From Raillietiella orientalis (lineage: Eukaryota), in the NCBI GenBank assembly GCA_036172245.1, contig JAYWIR010000039.1, positions 620,001-684,000 on the forward strand: a stretch of 64,000 nucleotides of DNA. Reading direction: 5' to 3'. Below are positions 1-14,400 of the stretch, piece after piece (position 1 is the stretch's first letter; every line of letters starts with the position of its first letter). Made by a program: the position numbers and the translations under genes. Under the pieces are notes generated by a model that ran no database searches, was not told the origin of the DNA, and was given only the letters and a program-made list of their open reading frames with translations.

Positions 1-576
1 GAAGCCAACCCCAATTTGTGGACGCTGTGAGTGTTTAGAATATTAATAAATACATGATACGTAAAAGGAACACGAGATTCACAAATGACGAGAAACTTGA
101 ATAAAACTGAGAGGCAGTTTTGAAGAGAACGGAGATCTGGAAGAATTCGGTTGAACAACGCAAAGTTGTAAATTTCATTCACTGTGTGGCTGAAAAGGTG
201 AGGGAGAAAGAGAAAAAGTTACCAGGGCAGGGAAAGGAGATCGGTTTCGGTATCCAACGCAAATCCTTTCATGCATCCGATTCTTTTTCACGGCAGAGAG
301 CACGGCTACTTGTACTTCCAGTTAATGTCATCTGAAGCTTTCCTTTTGAAGATTCAGCGAGACTTTTTTTTTCGTCTTCGTGGAAGCGCCCTGAGCGATG
401 AGGCGCACGTGACATCTGTTGGCGAAAATCGAAAACGCGTCATTTCCGAGACCGGAAGCAGAGATGGCTCGACGATGCTTTCTCTCCGTGCAGCATGCGT
501 GCCCCCCACCAAGTTGGTTCTTGCGATGTTGAGGAGGACGTGACCAAGGTTGACCGGAGTCCTCGCACGGTCAAAA

Positions 577-2141
577 ATGTTGCACCCAGACAACCGGAAA
601 CTTTGCGGCTGCAAAGGCGTCCGCACATGCCTGCTGTGTGAGCAGAATTGTGATGCCAAACCTTTCGACGGTGGCCTCAGTGGAAAACGACAGGTACATT
701 TACAAGTATCTCTTTGCTTGATGAAGTTGGCAGTGTGCCATCGCTGCTTGTTCGAATTTCCGTAGTGGTTGTTGAATCGGTTATCGAATATCGTTATTAC
801 TTTCTAAACGTGTATCGCACCATTAAGGCGTGTTTTCGAAGTTTGATGCCCATAAGGACCTTCGTTTAAGGACCGCCCTTACAGAAAGTTGTTAGTGCTG
901 CTACAGCTTTAACGGGCAGGTAGTATATCATAAGTCACTGAGGGCGCGGAAAGTTTAAGATATGCCCCCTTATCCAGTCGCACTCTCAAAGCTTTGCAAA
1001 TGTAAAACTTTGAGTGCAAGAGCTTCATCTTTCAAATAACAAGCATTTCTGAAGAATTCCGTGATGTACTTACAGTGATTATGGAATTGTGTTTTACAGA
1101 ATTCAAACTGTTTTTTCTACTGTGATATCTGTGAGAAGGCATGGCCAGGATGGGATGATCATGTAATTTCACAACACCCAAATCATGTGGGTCAGTGCAT
1201 TCATGTACCAGGAATTAAACTATACGTATGTATTTTTGTTTGTATTCATTTGATTGAATTTAGATGCTTTTAGTGTATGAGATTGCTTTTTGCATCATCC
1301 TTGTCTCAGCCGAATTCATCAAAAACAGATAAAGATTACACTTCATTTGCAGTTTTTTAATGAATTCATTAAATTTATTTGGTCCTGGTGAATTATGAAA
1401 TAATAATGTGGTGTGTTATTTATAGAAAGACTTCATAAGTGCAGCAGAAGAAGATTTGCTAATTGAGAAAATTGATTCTTGGGAATGGCAGTTATCACAG
1501 AGTGGGAGGAGAAAACAAGTAAAGTACATGTGTACATTTTTTTCTTAAAAAGCTCATCACACATTACTCAGAACTTTGGTCCCAAGTGCAATTTCAAAAA
1601 GCAGAAGATCAAGCCTGATGGGTTTTTTGGCTTTCCGATTTTTACAAAATTTATTCTTGAAAGAATGAACACCATTTCTGTATTAAAAGATTACCAGGCT
1701 ATTGAGCAGTGTGCTCTGGAATATGTTCCTGAAAGAGGTTCACATATAGAGCCTCATGTCGATGACTGTTGGGTGTGGGGAGAACGAATTGCCACACTCA
1801 GTATGCTATCTTCGTGTATGTTGAGTTTAACACCTCTTCCAACTGGATGCATTAAGTACAATCTTGGTGAATTAAAACATCAGACAAATTTAAGTATTCA
1901 GCAGGAATCAGTTGCACATACATTGAAGGATATCCTCATCCGAATTCCTATGCCAAGGCTCTCTTTGCTTTGTTTATATGGTAATGCAAGGTATTTGTGG
2001 GAGCACTGCATATTTCGGGAAGACATTACCAGCAGAAGAGTTTGCCTTACGTATAGAGAGTTTAGTGATCTGTATTTAAAAAATGGGCTATACTTTCATC
2101 AAGGAGAGGAAATTACAATGAGAGCACAAATGTTTTGGTAA
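577..2141 (+). CDS. ALKBH4: Alpha-ketoglutarate-dependent dioxygenase AlkB homolog 4; exons 577-693, 1100-1225, 1426-1518, 1572-2141 (301 aa)
   Basis: The N-terminal CGCKGVRTCLLCE and internal SQSGRRKQ|NFGPKCNFKKQK motifs are ALKBH4-specific. The Fe(II) ligands HVD (PHVDD) and WEH and the C-terminal RRVCLTYRE are present. All three introns are GT-AG, phase 0, and join into one open frame. AATAAA lies at 2330-2335. Confidence 0.95.
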
Positions 2142-5100
2142 TATCAGCTAGCCTTTTGAAGATGTTTCCGATAATGGAAATCATGAAAATGTACATGTGA
2201 CTCCATTCCTCCTCATATTTGCACATTTTTAAATTGAAGATCTCTATAAAAAAAATCTCCATGTATCATGGTGTTATCACATTAGCCTTGAAGATCCTTC
2301 TGTGCAAAGAATTTTGCAAAGTATTATGCAATAAAGCAATACTCTATTCAAACTGTTAATTGTCATTTTCATAATCAGTTTGAAAGCATCATTGGATGCT
2401 TTCCAATTAATTTAGTGAATAATTTCCTGAGATCAGTTAGATCAAGCATTATGGTTCCCAAACCAAAGAAACTCGAATTTCATTCCTCATTCCTTAGCAG
2501 TTTGAAACAGATTACGTTTACGGTCACAATGGATCATGCCAGAGTAATTCGACATGTTGGCCATACAGTGGCGCACTCAGAAATCTTCATATATGTACCA
2601 AGCACGTTGTCACGGATCATATTTTCCATGCTGTTTGTACACTTGAGGCCACTCCCAAACCTTTTCGAAGCCTCGCAATCGATCCATCCACATCCACATG
2701 GTTGGTGGCCATGGATTCGTTACCTCGAAAGTCAAAGACCTCCCCGTTTGCCGCATGACGAAAGGAGTTTCGGAGTCAATCGGAAAGCACACATCTTAAA
2801 TGCTGGAAATGTTCGCGGAAACTTTACCTTTCAACTGACGCAACCTGAATCGCAGAAATCGTTCCTTCTTCGTCTTCCCTGGTGATGTGGGCAGCAGCAG
2901 GGAACTTGCATGGCATGTAAACGTTACACACACCAAGGGCAGATGCATGTCTTCACCACACTCCAGGTAAACACACGGAGGCCTCTTCTGCCGGCGACCG
3001 CTCCTTCAGGACACCCTACGCCAGCGGCATTCAACACACATGAGAAGCTGACTCCACTATGCTTGACACTTTTTCTTCTCCAAGACGCATTTCGTGTCCA
3101 AATTGCGAGTCCAAATCTGTTTTACGTGACGGCTGACAATTTTCCGGCTGTTCAGTTTTCCCTTCAGATGCCTTTAGAACGAATTTACGTTTGGAAAGCA
3201 TTCGGGATCCTTGAGAACTAATCGAGGTGTGTGCGCATGTGTCCTCTTCGAAAGATTGGGCGTTCTCGTGCCTGCATGTTCTCTTTTCATCCACTTCCTC
3301 ATTCCATAATCAAAAGCTGATACCTCTTCATAGTTAATGGCCACTCATAATATCCACGAATGTCGGTTCAGTGAGAGTTTTCCCGAGATTCAAGAGTATC
3401 TGGCGTGCCAGATACCCTTTAGTAGTAAAAGCACCTTGAAATCTCTATTGCTTCCCGCAAGGCAATTTTAATTTCAAGATGCTTTCAAAGTTGTGTGAAG
3501 TTACGTGATTACATTTCAGCTTCAGTCAGGCACATCGGAAAAGAAGCCTGCTCCCAGAAAACTCTAACTAAATTAAGTTGAGCTTGTTCTTCATCAGCGT
3601 GTAAGGAGTTTTCTATTACCGTCCATGAAAACGTTCTACACAAGCTCTCCGATATCACCACTGAAAAAACTGCTACCTATGTATTCACTGCTTTAATCTT
3701 GGAAAAATCTCACATCTAGAACTTGGTGACATAACTTTCCCTAATTCCAAGGCAGGATTTAATGTAATTAAAGCTATTCATCGGTAGCTCGTGTCAGACG
3801 CCTGTGAATCTGGGATCATCTCTGAAGTAAATTTCAACTAGGTGGATATTTGGAGAAAACATTCATTTTTTAAGCATTGGATATGGTTGAATGCTTTAGA
3901 ATCGATTTCATTTGTTTTTGTTTTTTTTTTTGCCTGAAAATTTTGAAAATTATAACCGTGCGAAATCCGAAGCTAAACGCCTTCTTTCATGAATTTAGCT
4001 CCACATGGATAAGAGGGGCTGATTTATGTAAAGGCAGAACAACGAACTTATGAGTTCATGCCTCATTCGGAAAATCTTCGTTTATTTAGAACGGAACACT
4101 CAATGCATTGCTTCCTGGTATTATGTTGAAAGGTCATTGGGATGACTTCAATAACTAATTTTTAAAATACTTGATTTCAGTGACCTCAACGAGTTTTTTG
4201 GCTTAGGATCTCTATCCCAAAACAAGCGAACAAGATAAGGAAATCTACAGGTCATACAACTTTCAATAAGCCAAAAATCATTAATATCAAGTTTCACCTC
4301 GTTTTCTGAGGAAGTAGGGGTTCAGTATCCCGCTCATAAGTTCAAGCATCTAGCTCAAAAGACAATGGTTTATCAGCCACAGAACTCAGTGATTTAGCCA
4401 GCGACACCATTGAAGTATTATACAATTGCCAAACATGTGTTCAGTCTTAGTAACACCACGTAGCTCAACATCTTGACCACTACCTCTTTCATTCCTTCAA
4501 GAAGGGTCGGTTGTACTAAAAATAAGACACGCTTTTGCATCTCCATCTCCTTTTTAACTTCTAATACAAATTCCATCATATTTTTGCTAAGCTTTCCATT
4601 ATTTCACTTGCATGCTTTCCTTATGGCCATCTTCTAGTAGAAAACATGAACTACTTATACTTCCTTCGATTTTAATATCTTCGTTGTTTACGTCGTTCAT
4701 GAGCCGATGGAAATTCTTATTTTCAAACGAAGTAAAACTTCACAAAATCTGTTCCATTCCGTTGGAAACCATTATTCTGTTATTGCGGTTTATCCTCGAT
4801 TGGTTTATGGATGTCGGTTTCCTCTAGACTAGATTCTTTTTTTTTTTTTCTCCCCGTAGAGAGATTGAAGTGTTTCGAACACGAGGAGTACGGAGGCTGC
4901 AGATTACACGAAGGGGCATTAGGTGAAAGCAGATCATAAACTTGATCGCAAAAGCAGGAAGAAAGATCAAACCTTTGAAAGGCATTGTGAGAACCTTTTC
5001 CATGTTTTGTGAAAACTTTTGGAATTTGCACTGCTAAATACCGTTGGCATCCAATTCAGACTACACTTTCAAGTTGCAAAGGCAAAAAGGCGAATGTCGT

Positions 5101-5300
5101 CGTAACCATCTTTCTCACTAATGTGAATGTGATTTTAGAATTCTAAAGATCTTTTAGAACATGAATTTGTGATTCATACTCGAATGCGAGGGGATTACTC
5201 ATTCAAGTGCCCTGTGACCGAAAATTGTGTACAAGTTTATTTTCTGAAAAGACGCATGCGATACAGATGAAGTTGAGAACAAAGATCATGGTCAAGATTT

Positions 5301-5312
5301 TTTGGCGCGAAA
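5301..5312. promoter_or_regulatory. Overlapping double E2F site (TTTGGCGCGAAA) upstream of DNA2
   Basis: TTTGGCGC on + and TTTCGCGC on - both match the E2F consensus TTTSSCGC. The site is ~125 nt upstream of the DNA2 ATG. Confidence 0.6.
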
Positions 5313-5436
5313 TATGAAGAGGATCTCCGTTCAGGAGCAGCAGATGTGCCTGGACAGTGCAAGGCTTGCACTCATCGTTTCATATTTTTTCATAATGTTT
5401 CTGTAGCCTACACACAAAGTTTGCCAGCATTTGAAA

Positions 5437-8400
5437 ATGAGCAAAAAGAAAGAATTGAAGTTATCCTTGAAAAATAAATCACAGAAGAGGATATCCAGTT
5501 TCTTTCGAAAAGAAGTTGAAATAAGCCAAAGCAACCAGCAAAAGAATGGAGCTGCTGACGTGGACACTTTAAAAGCAAGTGTGAAGGTGGAACCAGAAGA
5601 CATTTCCATTGTAAACAGTAGTTTGACGATAGAGGGAAATACAGCACTATCAACAAATAAGAGCATCTTTGAAAATACTAAAGAACATGACAACGAAGTA
5701 ACAGTAATAAAAAAAACACTTAGCAGTCCAAAATGTATGCATGCAGCAGATAGTAAAGAGACAGGTAGTGAACACACATCTAAAAATGCTTCCATAACAA
5801 GTCAAGTGAGTTTTCTGAAAGGTGCACAAATATCTTGTCCAGGTTCAAGAGCTAATTTGCCCAGAGATAATGAAAGAAGTTGCAATGGAGATGCTATGCC
5901 AAACAAAAAAAGGTCTAGTGAATCAGGCATTGCTCGAAATTGTGATTTCTCAAAGATGTCTGTAATTCCTGGTACACCTAGTTCATTTAGTTTAATGGGT
6001 ATTTTCACCAAAAGAACCCGGAAGCAGTTGCAATCAACATATAAACCAAGGATTACAAGGAAGAGGTTACTTCAGCATCTTGAAGATAGTGATGGTTCTG
6101 CATGTTATACAAAAGTCAATAGGATGTATGAATGGTTAAAAGGATATGATGACAAAAAAGAACTTAAAACTGATGCCCCAATGGAAGAAAAAATATCTGT
6201 AGTTGCCTCGAAAACAAACTCGTTATTGACTGAAATCCCTGTTAAATTATCAGAACATTCATTTGTTGCTCCCCATGGTTGTCTGGACCAGAAGGATGAA
6301 TATCTGGTTTCAAGTACAGTATTGAAGGAAACTGAAAGGTAAGGAATGATGCTTTTTAGATTTTACATGCTCATAAATTAAAAGTTGCAATTGTAATCTC
6401 ATTTTCCATTTAAACCTAAAAAGAAATAACATTTCTTAAAGTATGGTAAAAGGTAAAAGTCAACAATGCTAAATTTATTTTTTTTTTATTTATCCTTGTT
6501 AGAAACTTTTGTGTTTGCATGTATTGTACCTTTGCACCTTTGCATTTTAGTGATTAACAAAAACAATTTCAGGAACAAGGAACTATTTGCAAGTTATTTG
6601 CTTAAAAGGTATAGAGTGAAGGAAGTAAATAACTTGGTCAATGAAGTCCAATTGCATGTAGAGGATGAAACAACCAAAACTGTGAAAATGTGTTCTTTAA
6701 AGGATTTATGGTGAAAGTTTTTTCCAAAAAGAAAAGAATTATTACTCTTTTCTGAAAATTGTATGCATGAATCTGGAATTTATTGAATTGCAGGTGTCAT
6801 AATATTATTCAGTCTGGAGATACCATTCACATCATCCATGAAAAACAGGATGAAGAATGTATACAAGTGACTAATGACAAAGGATTGCTAGTCATTAATC
6901 CTGATTTTCTGGTCTCAACTACTTCTGTGATACAAGCAACCAGGTGCTTGCGCAGAGCAGTGTTGAACGAATTATTTCATGAGACCACTCCACCCCAGAC
7001 TGCTGTTCTAGCAGGCAGAGTGCTTCATCAGATTTTTCAAGAGGTAATTTTGATTCCTTGCTGAATGATTAGCAGTTATTCTTACAGGCAATACAAATGA
7101 CTTCTTTAGATTTAAGTATTTTGGAACAGATAACTAAAGACATATTGAATTCTAAAGAAGTATTGATATCTCTGTTTGCTGGAAGGCATGATGTGACTTC
7201 ATTCCAAAAGGATGTATTGAGCATTCTGCCTAGCATACAAAATTGGTTGTCCAGACATAAGCTTGAATATTTCCAAAATGAAAAATTAAATACTCGTCTC
7301 CAGGAAAAGAATGCATGGTTAGGATACATTACCAAGGTTATGGATGTTGAAGAAAACATTTGGTCACCTCGCTTTGGTGTGAAGGGGAGAATTGATTTGA
7401 CAGTTGAAATGATCTCTGGAGAGTCACCTTCTGAAGTGAAGGTAGCACCTGTGGGAAGATGATCATTCATGGTCCTGGAAATAGATAGTTCCTCTAGAAT
7501 TGAAGACAGGACGATCAACTTTTTCAGCTGAGCATCGTGGTCAGGTGATCTTGTACTCTATGCTGCTATCTGATAGGCAACCTGATGCAGGATTTGGTCT
7601 TCTGTTGTACCTCAGGTTAGGCTCCTGATAAAGTGTTTGTGAGTGATTGTGTGAACTCAGGGATGGGTCGTTGAAAGAAGTTCCCAGTGGATGCAATGAA
7701 AAAAGGGATCTTGTTCATTTGCGCAATGATTTGACTAGATTTTTGCAAACCAGGAACATTTCTGAGGAAATCTGGAGGCCAAGTTTTCCTGAACCAATTG
7801 ATAACCATCGCGAATGTTCTCGTTGTCCTTTTTTGCTGCCTTGTGCCTTACTGCAGAAGTGAATGGCAAGCATTTTTGCAAGCATGAGTAATTCTTTGCA
7901 GGTCTCTGGTGCCTAATACTTTGTCTACTGCCCATGGCTTGGCTTCTCTTATTCCTGATGCTATTGCTCATCTGAAGCCACATCATATTCAATATTTTGC
8001 AAAATGGTATAAGTGGCTACACATGGATAGCTGTATTGTTCAGCAGAAGTCTAAGCATTTCTGGACTACCTCTGTCAGTGAAAGGTATGAAAATTTCTGA
8101 GGGCAGCATGCATTTGGTTTTCTGATAGGGAGGTTTTAGGGCATACAATTGGAGACCTGAAACTACATGTTAAAGATGACACTGCTGAAAATGAAAAATG
8201 CATAGCCGTTTTTGTTCGGAGATCGTGCCTAGTGCCCCAATGTCTGCTTAGTCCAGGAGATAGCGTTGTGATTAGTTCAGAGGATGGTAGACTGCTGGCA
8301 TTAGCTTCTGGAAGGATTCTGACCATGGATTCTAGTCATGTGCAATTAGTATTAGATAAAAGTCTCTCTTATCTGAGCCAGTGGAAAGATCATGTGTTTT

Positions 8401-11400
8401 GCATTGATCAGTGGGAGATCACAGGCACCACCAGTTTGCTTTTAACCAATGTGTGCCAACTGATGATGGATAACAGTCAAAGTGCCTATCTTCGCAAACT
8501 GTTTCTCGATTCAGATGATGCTGAATCACCTAGGACACTTAGTGTTAACGAGTTACATGAATTGCACCTTGAGTTGCAGGCCCTCAGCAGCCAGCAGCGT
8601 CATGCAGTACTCTCAGCTTTACAAACCAGGACCTATATGAAATTGAAAGGGATGCCAGGCGCAGGTAACTCAGTTTGTTAACTAGCATACAGTTCCCTGG
8701 ATCTTTCCAGGAAAGACGCACACAATTGTTGCGATGGTGAAAGCTTTTGTAATGACTGGTCGCACTGTCCTTCTCACAAGCTATACTCATTCTGCTGTTG
8801 ATAACATTTTATTACGTCTTCCATCAAGTGTGCCTTATTTAAGATTGGGGCACAAATCTCGCATTCACTCTGATGTTGTTCCCCATAGTGAGCACATGAT
8901 TCTTCAGGGAATTAAATCACTGGAAGAACTTGAGCACATTTTGCACAAAATACCTGTTGTTGCCACAACTTGCTTAGGTATTCGGCATCAGTTGCTGTCT
9001 AGTCAAATGTTTGATGTTTGTATCATTGATGAATGCACCCAAGTACTGCAAGCTGCTGCACTAGGACCACTGTTTTTTAGTCACGTCTTCATTTTAGTAG
9101 GGGATCCGATGCAACTTCCACCTTTGGTGCAATGTGATCAAGCAAGGTAAGGTTATTTTTAAGGGTCCCCATGTAGCCACTGTCTTTTTTTTTTTTTTGT
9201 TTGCAAGTAGTAGAATGAGTAGTGTAGATGCATATATTGGATGGAGTGAGTGCCATAGCCATTTGAGTTGATTCTTTCAATTGTACGAAGAATTATCATT
9301 GATTAGCAGACTCGGTGTTTGTTTCTGCATTTCCTAATTAATCAGGGAAAATTAATTTAATGCTGCCAGTAAATAGGAGTCGTTGCAAAACGGTGTACCG
9401 GAATTTAAAGAAATAGAAAGCTGGGGCTTTGTAATGTAATGAAAAAGTGACTGTTACCTGGGTGATGCATTTGTATCTCTACACTTTTTGTGTGGAAATG
9501 ACTGATCACATTTTCTGAGAATAATCAATTCTCGAGCCATAATTCGCGTTTAGAGGTATGGATAATTGGTTATGCATACTAGTGGGTGTCGACTTGTGGC
9601 ACGCCCCAACGCAAACTTTTACATATTTTGCCCCAGCAAAAAGGCACCATAAATTTTGTCCTCAACTTCATTTGAATTTCATGCGAATTTGCAGAGGGCG
9701 AATTTATTGAATTAGTTGCAAGTGATGCGTCTGCTTCGAATAAAAGAAAAAAACAAAATAAAAATGAAAAATCAAGAATGGCAAACTTCTTCAAAAGAAG
9801 TGTACTTCATGTTTTGTTTTGTTTTTTTTGTGCGATGTGGTCTTGAAATATTCGTGGATCACCGGAGTCGCTCTAAAAGTTCTCTAATGGCAAATTGTTT
9901 TGCACAGCAAAGTTGAACACCGGAAGCCTAATAATTTCTTTCGTGAGTGTTGGGAAGTGGCGGGAAGTCAAACAAATCCCGAGCACTTGCAGGGAAAGCA
10001 CCTTTTGCAAGATTTTCCACTTTCCGTTTCCAGCGGAAACCGGCAGAGAGAGATGCTTGCACCCTGCGCGCGCGTTCCCCCCCCCCCCTTCCCGTCCCCC
10101 CGCCGGCGCAAGCGCCAGGCGTGCGCTGGATGACCGCTTCTTGCTGTCCCCTCCCCCCCCCCCCCGTTCGTAGGGTGCGTGGGTGGGGTGTGTTGCAAGG
10201 CTGCGGTGCCTGCAACCCCTTAAGGCACGAATGATGCAGATTTTCGTTGCTATTCGGTCGCACGTAGCGGACCTTAAGCAGGTTGCGTCGTGGCAACGTT
10301 CCTTTGGTGGGTGGGTGCCAGATTCCAGTGCCCTTCGCACTAGGACAACGGAAGTCACTGTAGTCAATTATCCGGAATGTGGGGAGTCCGCTATTGATGC
10401 ATGAAATCAACGGCTTTGTCCGGGTACGGGTTCATGTACATTCAATAGTACTGAACTGGATCGCATTCACGCATGCATCTGTGTACGTTTATGTGTGTAC
10501 TCTGTACGAACGAACCGTTTCGCATTTTGAAAAGGTTGCATTCGAACAGTTTCTTAGTCCATTTAAATGGGAAGCGCAGCTATCGGAGGAAAAGGTGGAT
10601 TTTTCATCATCCATTTTTTTTTTTCTTTCTTTCTCAATCAGTCAGCATCAGAGATTCCAGTAATATACGCATACCTTTATCCCATTACTTTTATTGAAAA
10701 TTAAGTCGACAGACTCATGAATCTGTGTAGATCTGTCTTCCTATATGGAACGACAGTGTATACGTACGTCATTCTCAAAAGCCATAGAAATTCGGAAAAT
10801 ATGGATACATCATATTTCCAAATGATCCATACGTGGGAAACATAAATAATGTATTCAGTAATCCATTTCTTGGCATGGCGAACATTTCAGGAAAATTGTA
10901 GTAATTCCTGGAAGGGGGTACGGTGGGTTGGATTGGAAGCTGATATTGATTTCCTCTATTGAGTGGTCCATCGACGCTGTTCTGTGCAATGGATGTCCCT
11001 GTTAATTTTGATAGAGCGTTAGCTTTCGCCTCATCCGTTTCAAATGTGGGGGAAAGACTGCTTCGAAAACCCAAATGATCAGCCACATAGTAATTTCTTA
11101 TGATTTGTCCGTTGGGAGCTGTATAACTATCAAATTTCAATTCATCCCTGCGGAAGACATCACAGGATCGCACCAACCTGTAATATCCTCTGACGCTCCC
11201 ATCTGGGTATCTTATCTCCTGCTTGCTCGAATCCGGATTGGTATAACCATAGTTATAACCTCCCAGGTCATTCTGGCTGTGGTATTGGAATCCTATTGGT
11301 CTCTGTTTGGGGTTAATACGAAGCCCATATTCTGCCAAACTTTCCGTTGCCATACAGAACGCTAACAAAAGTATGTACTCCTTGGAAATAACTCATTAAT

Positions 11401-14400
11401 CTACATTGCAATAGGATATGTCAAGGGATTTGAGCAGACAAATACCGACCCCCACCCCCACCCCCCTCTTTCTTTGCTTAATTTGAAAGAAGGCTTTGGG
11501 TTAGCGATGAGCGCTCCTCCGCCCCTTGTCGTCGGTGTTACTGCTGCTGCGGCGCAAGAAGTGAATCCGCGAGTTACCCATCCCTTGAAGTATCTTTTTC
11601 GTTCCTCGATTTCCGAAATGCTGCAGATGCGTTCATTAGCATTTCAAGTGGGACGTTTCAGTGTGGTTTGTGATCAGTCGAAAAGTCGAAGTTTCATCGA
11701 CTTTTTTGTGGCGTCGTATTTCAGAGCAAAAACAGTCAATCACGAAAGATGCTGATGCTGGAGTGGTTTGGTCCTCGTGATGATGGCGTTCCCCTCAAGT
11801 TACTTCAGTTCGTCACTCCCTGCGTCGAAAGAGGGGAAGAAAAAAGAGGAAAAAAATTTACCGTGGACTTCGGAACGACAGTTTTGGAAGAATTTCACGC
11901 ACCCGCAAGGCCTTGTCCCGAGCAAGCCCTTATTGAGATGTTTGACATGAGACCCCCCCCCCCCCAGATTTCCGTTTCCCTCGCAAGCAGTCTTTTCATC
12001 GATATTCTCTCGAAATTCTGCGCCGACGGCTATCGATGCATTTTGATCAACGCAATTCGGCTCTAAGAAAATCGTGCCCTCAGCGTCCGTGACAAACGAT
12101 CGCGTTCGTTCATTCATTCATTTAAGAAGAGAACATTCTCGACGTACTCACCCATTGAAGCATGTTGTTTTCCGTCATCGTCTTCCACCATTAAGGAAAC
12201 GCTTCATATTTATTCCTGTCTGAGTTCAGTTTTCCTTTAATCTGGTTTTCTCGTATCTGATGGATGAATGCTTTATACTCCGGTCGTTGTGCAGATCTTC
12301 TCGAGATAATTCCACGTTATGTAACTTACACTGCTGGAGCCGTGCCTGCAACCAAGGTTGTTGTTCTTCTGCGGTTTGCTTTGTTACACTTCTTGGAGTC
12401 GATTCCTTTGTGTCACATTCCTTCCATTGCGATTATGTCCTTAAACCTCAAAGAAAGTGAAAGTGCGACAAGAAGTATCTGTGACAGGAAGTGCAGCAGG
12501 AATTCACAAGAGACTCCTTTCCTCCGGTCTGTTCGTTTTCAGTTCGTTCGCAGCCTCTGTGGCAATTAAGGCTCAGCTTCTGTTCGCAAATTCACCAATT
12601 TTCCTTTCGGGCATTGGCTTTATAATGAATAAATAAATGCCGAGGCTCATCATGGCTTCATGAAACTGTTCGCTGGAAATCGTGAAAGGGTACTTCCCAG
12701 GCGGGGCTGCAAAAAAAAAAAAAAAATAGTCCGGAGTGCTTGGCTCTCTTGCATGGAAATCACTTCGCATCCCCTTGTTTCATTTTAACCAAGTCATCCC
12801 CTCCCCCCCCCCCTTTCCTCCCCTCGAGTCATTTTGACGTGTGGCATCGCGCAGAACGAACGACACGTTTTGAATTTTAAAAGTGATTTCGGTATTCAAA
12901 TCCCTGTCCCTGCTTTATGACGGTGTCCTCGCTCATGGATCTAATGCTCTAGATAATGAATTCATCATCGCGGGTTAATGAGATCTGTTTTTGCTTTTGG
13001 AACCTCCCCAGTTTCCAGCTTCCTTTGACGTGCACTTCCAGTTCGTGGGTCCATGCTCGTTAGCAGGTCGACGTACGCGCCGTTTCTAGCGATAAGCTCT
13101 CCTACGTCCACCGTGAAACCAATCACTCTTGAAGACCATCTTTTCTCTAATCACCAGCGTGAAGTATACTGTGGATGAGGCAGCATCGCCGTGTACCATG
13201 CGGCACGATTTTCTAGTGCGAAAGTCGGACGATGCTCATTTATTCTTTTCCCAAAGTGTTCTGCGTGTGCAGCTCTTTTCCTCGCTCTAAAATGCTTGAC
13301 CTTGTTGTACGTACAGCGCTTGATTGAAATCAAGTACCGTCAGAAACGGGAAAATAATTATCCAAAGTTCCTCTCGCTGGTGATTCGATGATTTCCCCCC
13401 TTCCCCCTTCCTCCTGTGGCCCCTTGTTAAACACTTCAGTCTGGTATGGTGTCGGCTGCGATTTCGCTTTCACTTGTGTGTTTTCGTGTTTCGGCCATTC
13501 CGTTTTGCTGGCGGTCGCACCTTTTCCACGGCCGCCCGAGTTCTTTTTCCGAACGACGCCCAGCAGTGAGGTTATGAAAGTACTGTAACAGTGGTTGGCC
13601 ATCCTCCATTTCACCGCGTTAACCTGGAAGAATTCCTCGAGACGGGTTCACGTGATGAGTGTGTACTATCGTGTAAGTCGTGTATATAGAAGAACAGTGG
13701 GTAAGCAATTTTTAGGGGAGTAAAACTCTCTCTCTTCCTTTGCTTTCTGAAAAGTGGATCGTGGCGTTTGTGCAAACGTTTCGTTCGGAAGCATTTCTTT
13801 TAGCGTGGTCCGCTGCTCGTCGCACTGCCTAGAAGTGGTCCATGCCATGGTTGGGATGCTTGAAGAATCTCTGCGGGCGTTTTTCCCGGGCAGACGTCCG
13901 TACGCTTTCAGAAAGTTGCGGGCTGGCGTTTCCGGATGGGCTTTGGGCGGTGCCCGATGTAAAGCAGGATGAGCTTTCGGGTGTTTTCTGCGATCCGTGT
14001 TGCCGTTGGGTCGCCTGCCATGGCGCCCCTGCACGCGGGAAGACCCACCGTTGTGTTTTTCGGACTGATTCCTCCGCTGAGATTTTTTTTTTCCTTTTTC
14101 CCTTTTCAAAGATCTGAACATGCACGAATTATTTATTCGTCTGCATTATGGGATCACTGTGAGCGCATTCGTCTTTTCGCTGTCGTTAAAATGCCAATTC
14201 CTTTTCTCGTAAGAGACGATTTGTGTGTAATTTTTCAAGTTTCTCAAGTCAGCGTTCGTCCCTCCCCCCCTTTTCCCTCTCTCTTCTTTTTTCTCTTCCT
14301 CTCTCTTTCTCTCTCTTTCTCTCGCAACTGAACGAATGAAATCCGTTTAGCCCGACAAGTTCCCTCCCATTCCGGTTTCAACCAACGTTAAAGTGTCATC

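Noticed and set aside
1..272. End of an upstream + gene (EANPNLWTL, AATAAA at 45 and 100) or start of a - strand gene with a 33-nt intron
   Set aside because: The readings are mutually exclusive, with no recognisable homology, and are truncated by the window edge.
10070..10190. G-quadruplex/i-motif C-runs in the DNA2 intron
   Set aside because: Homopolymer C/G and A/T runs are common throughout this window, so this is not distinctive.
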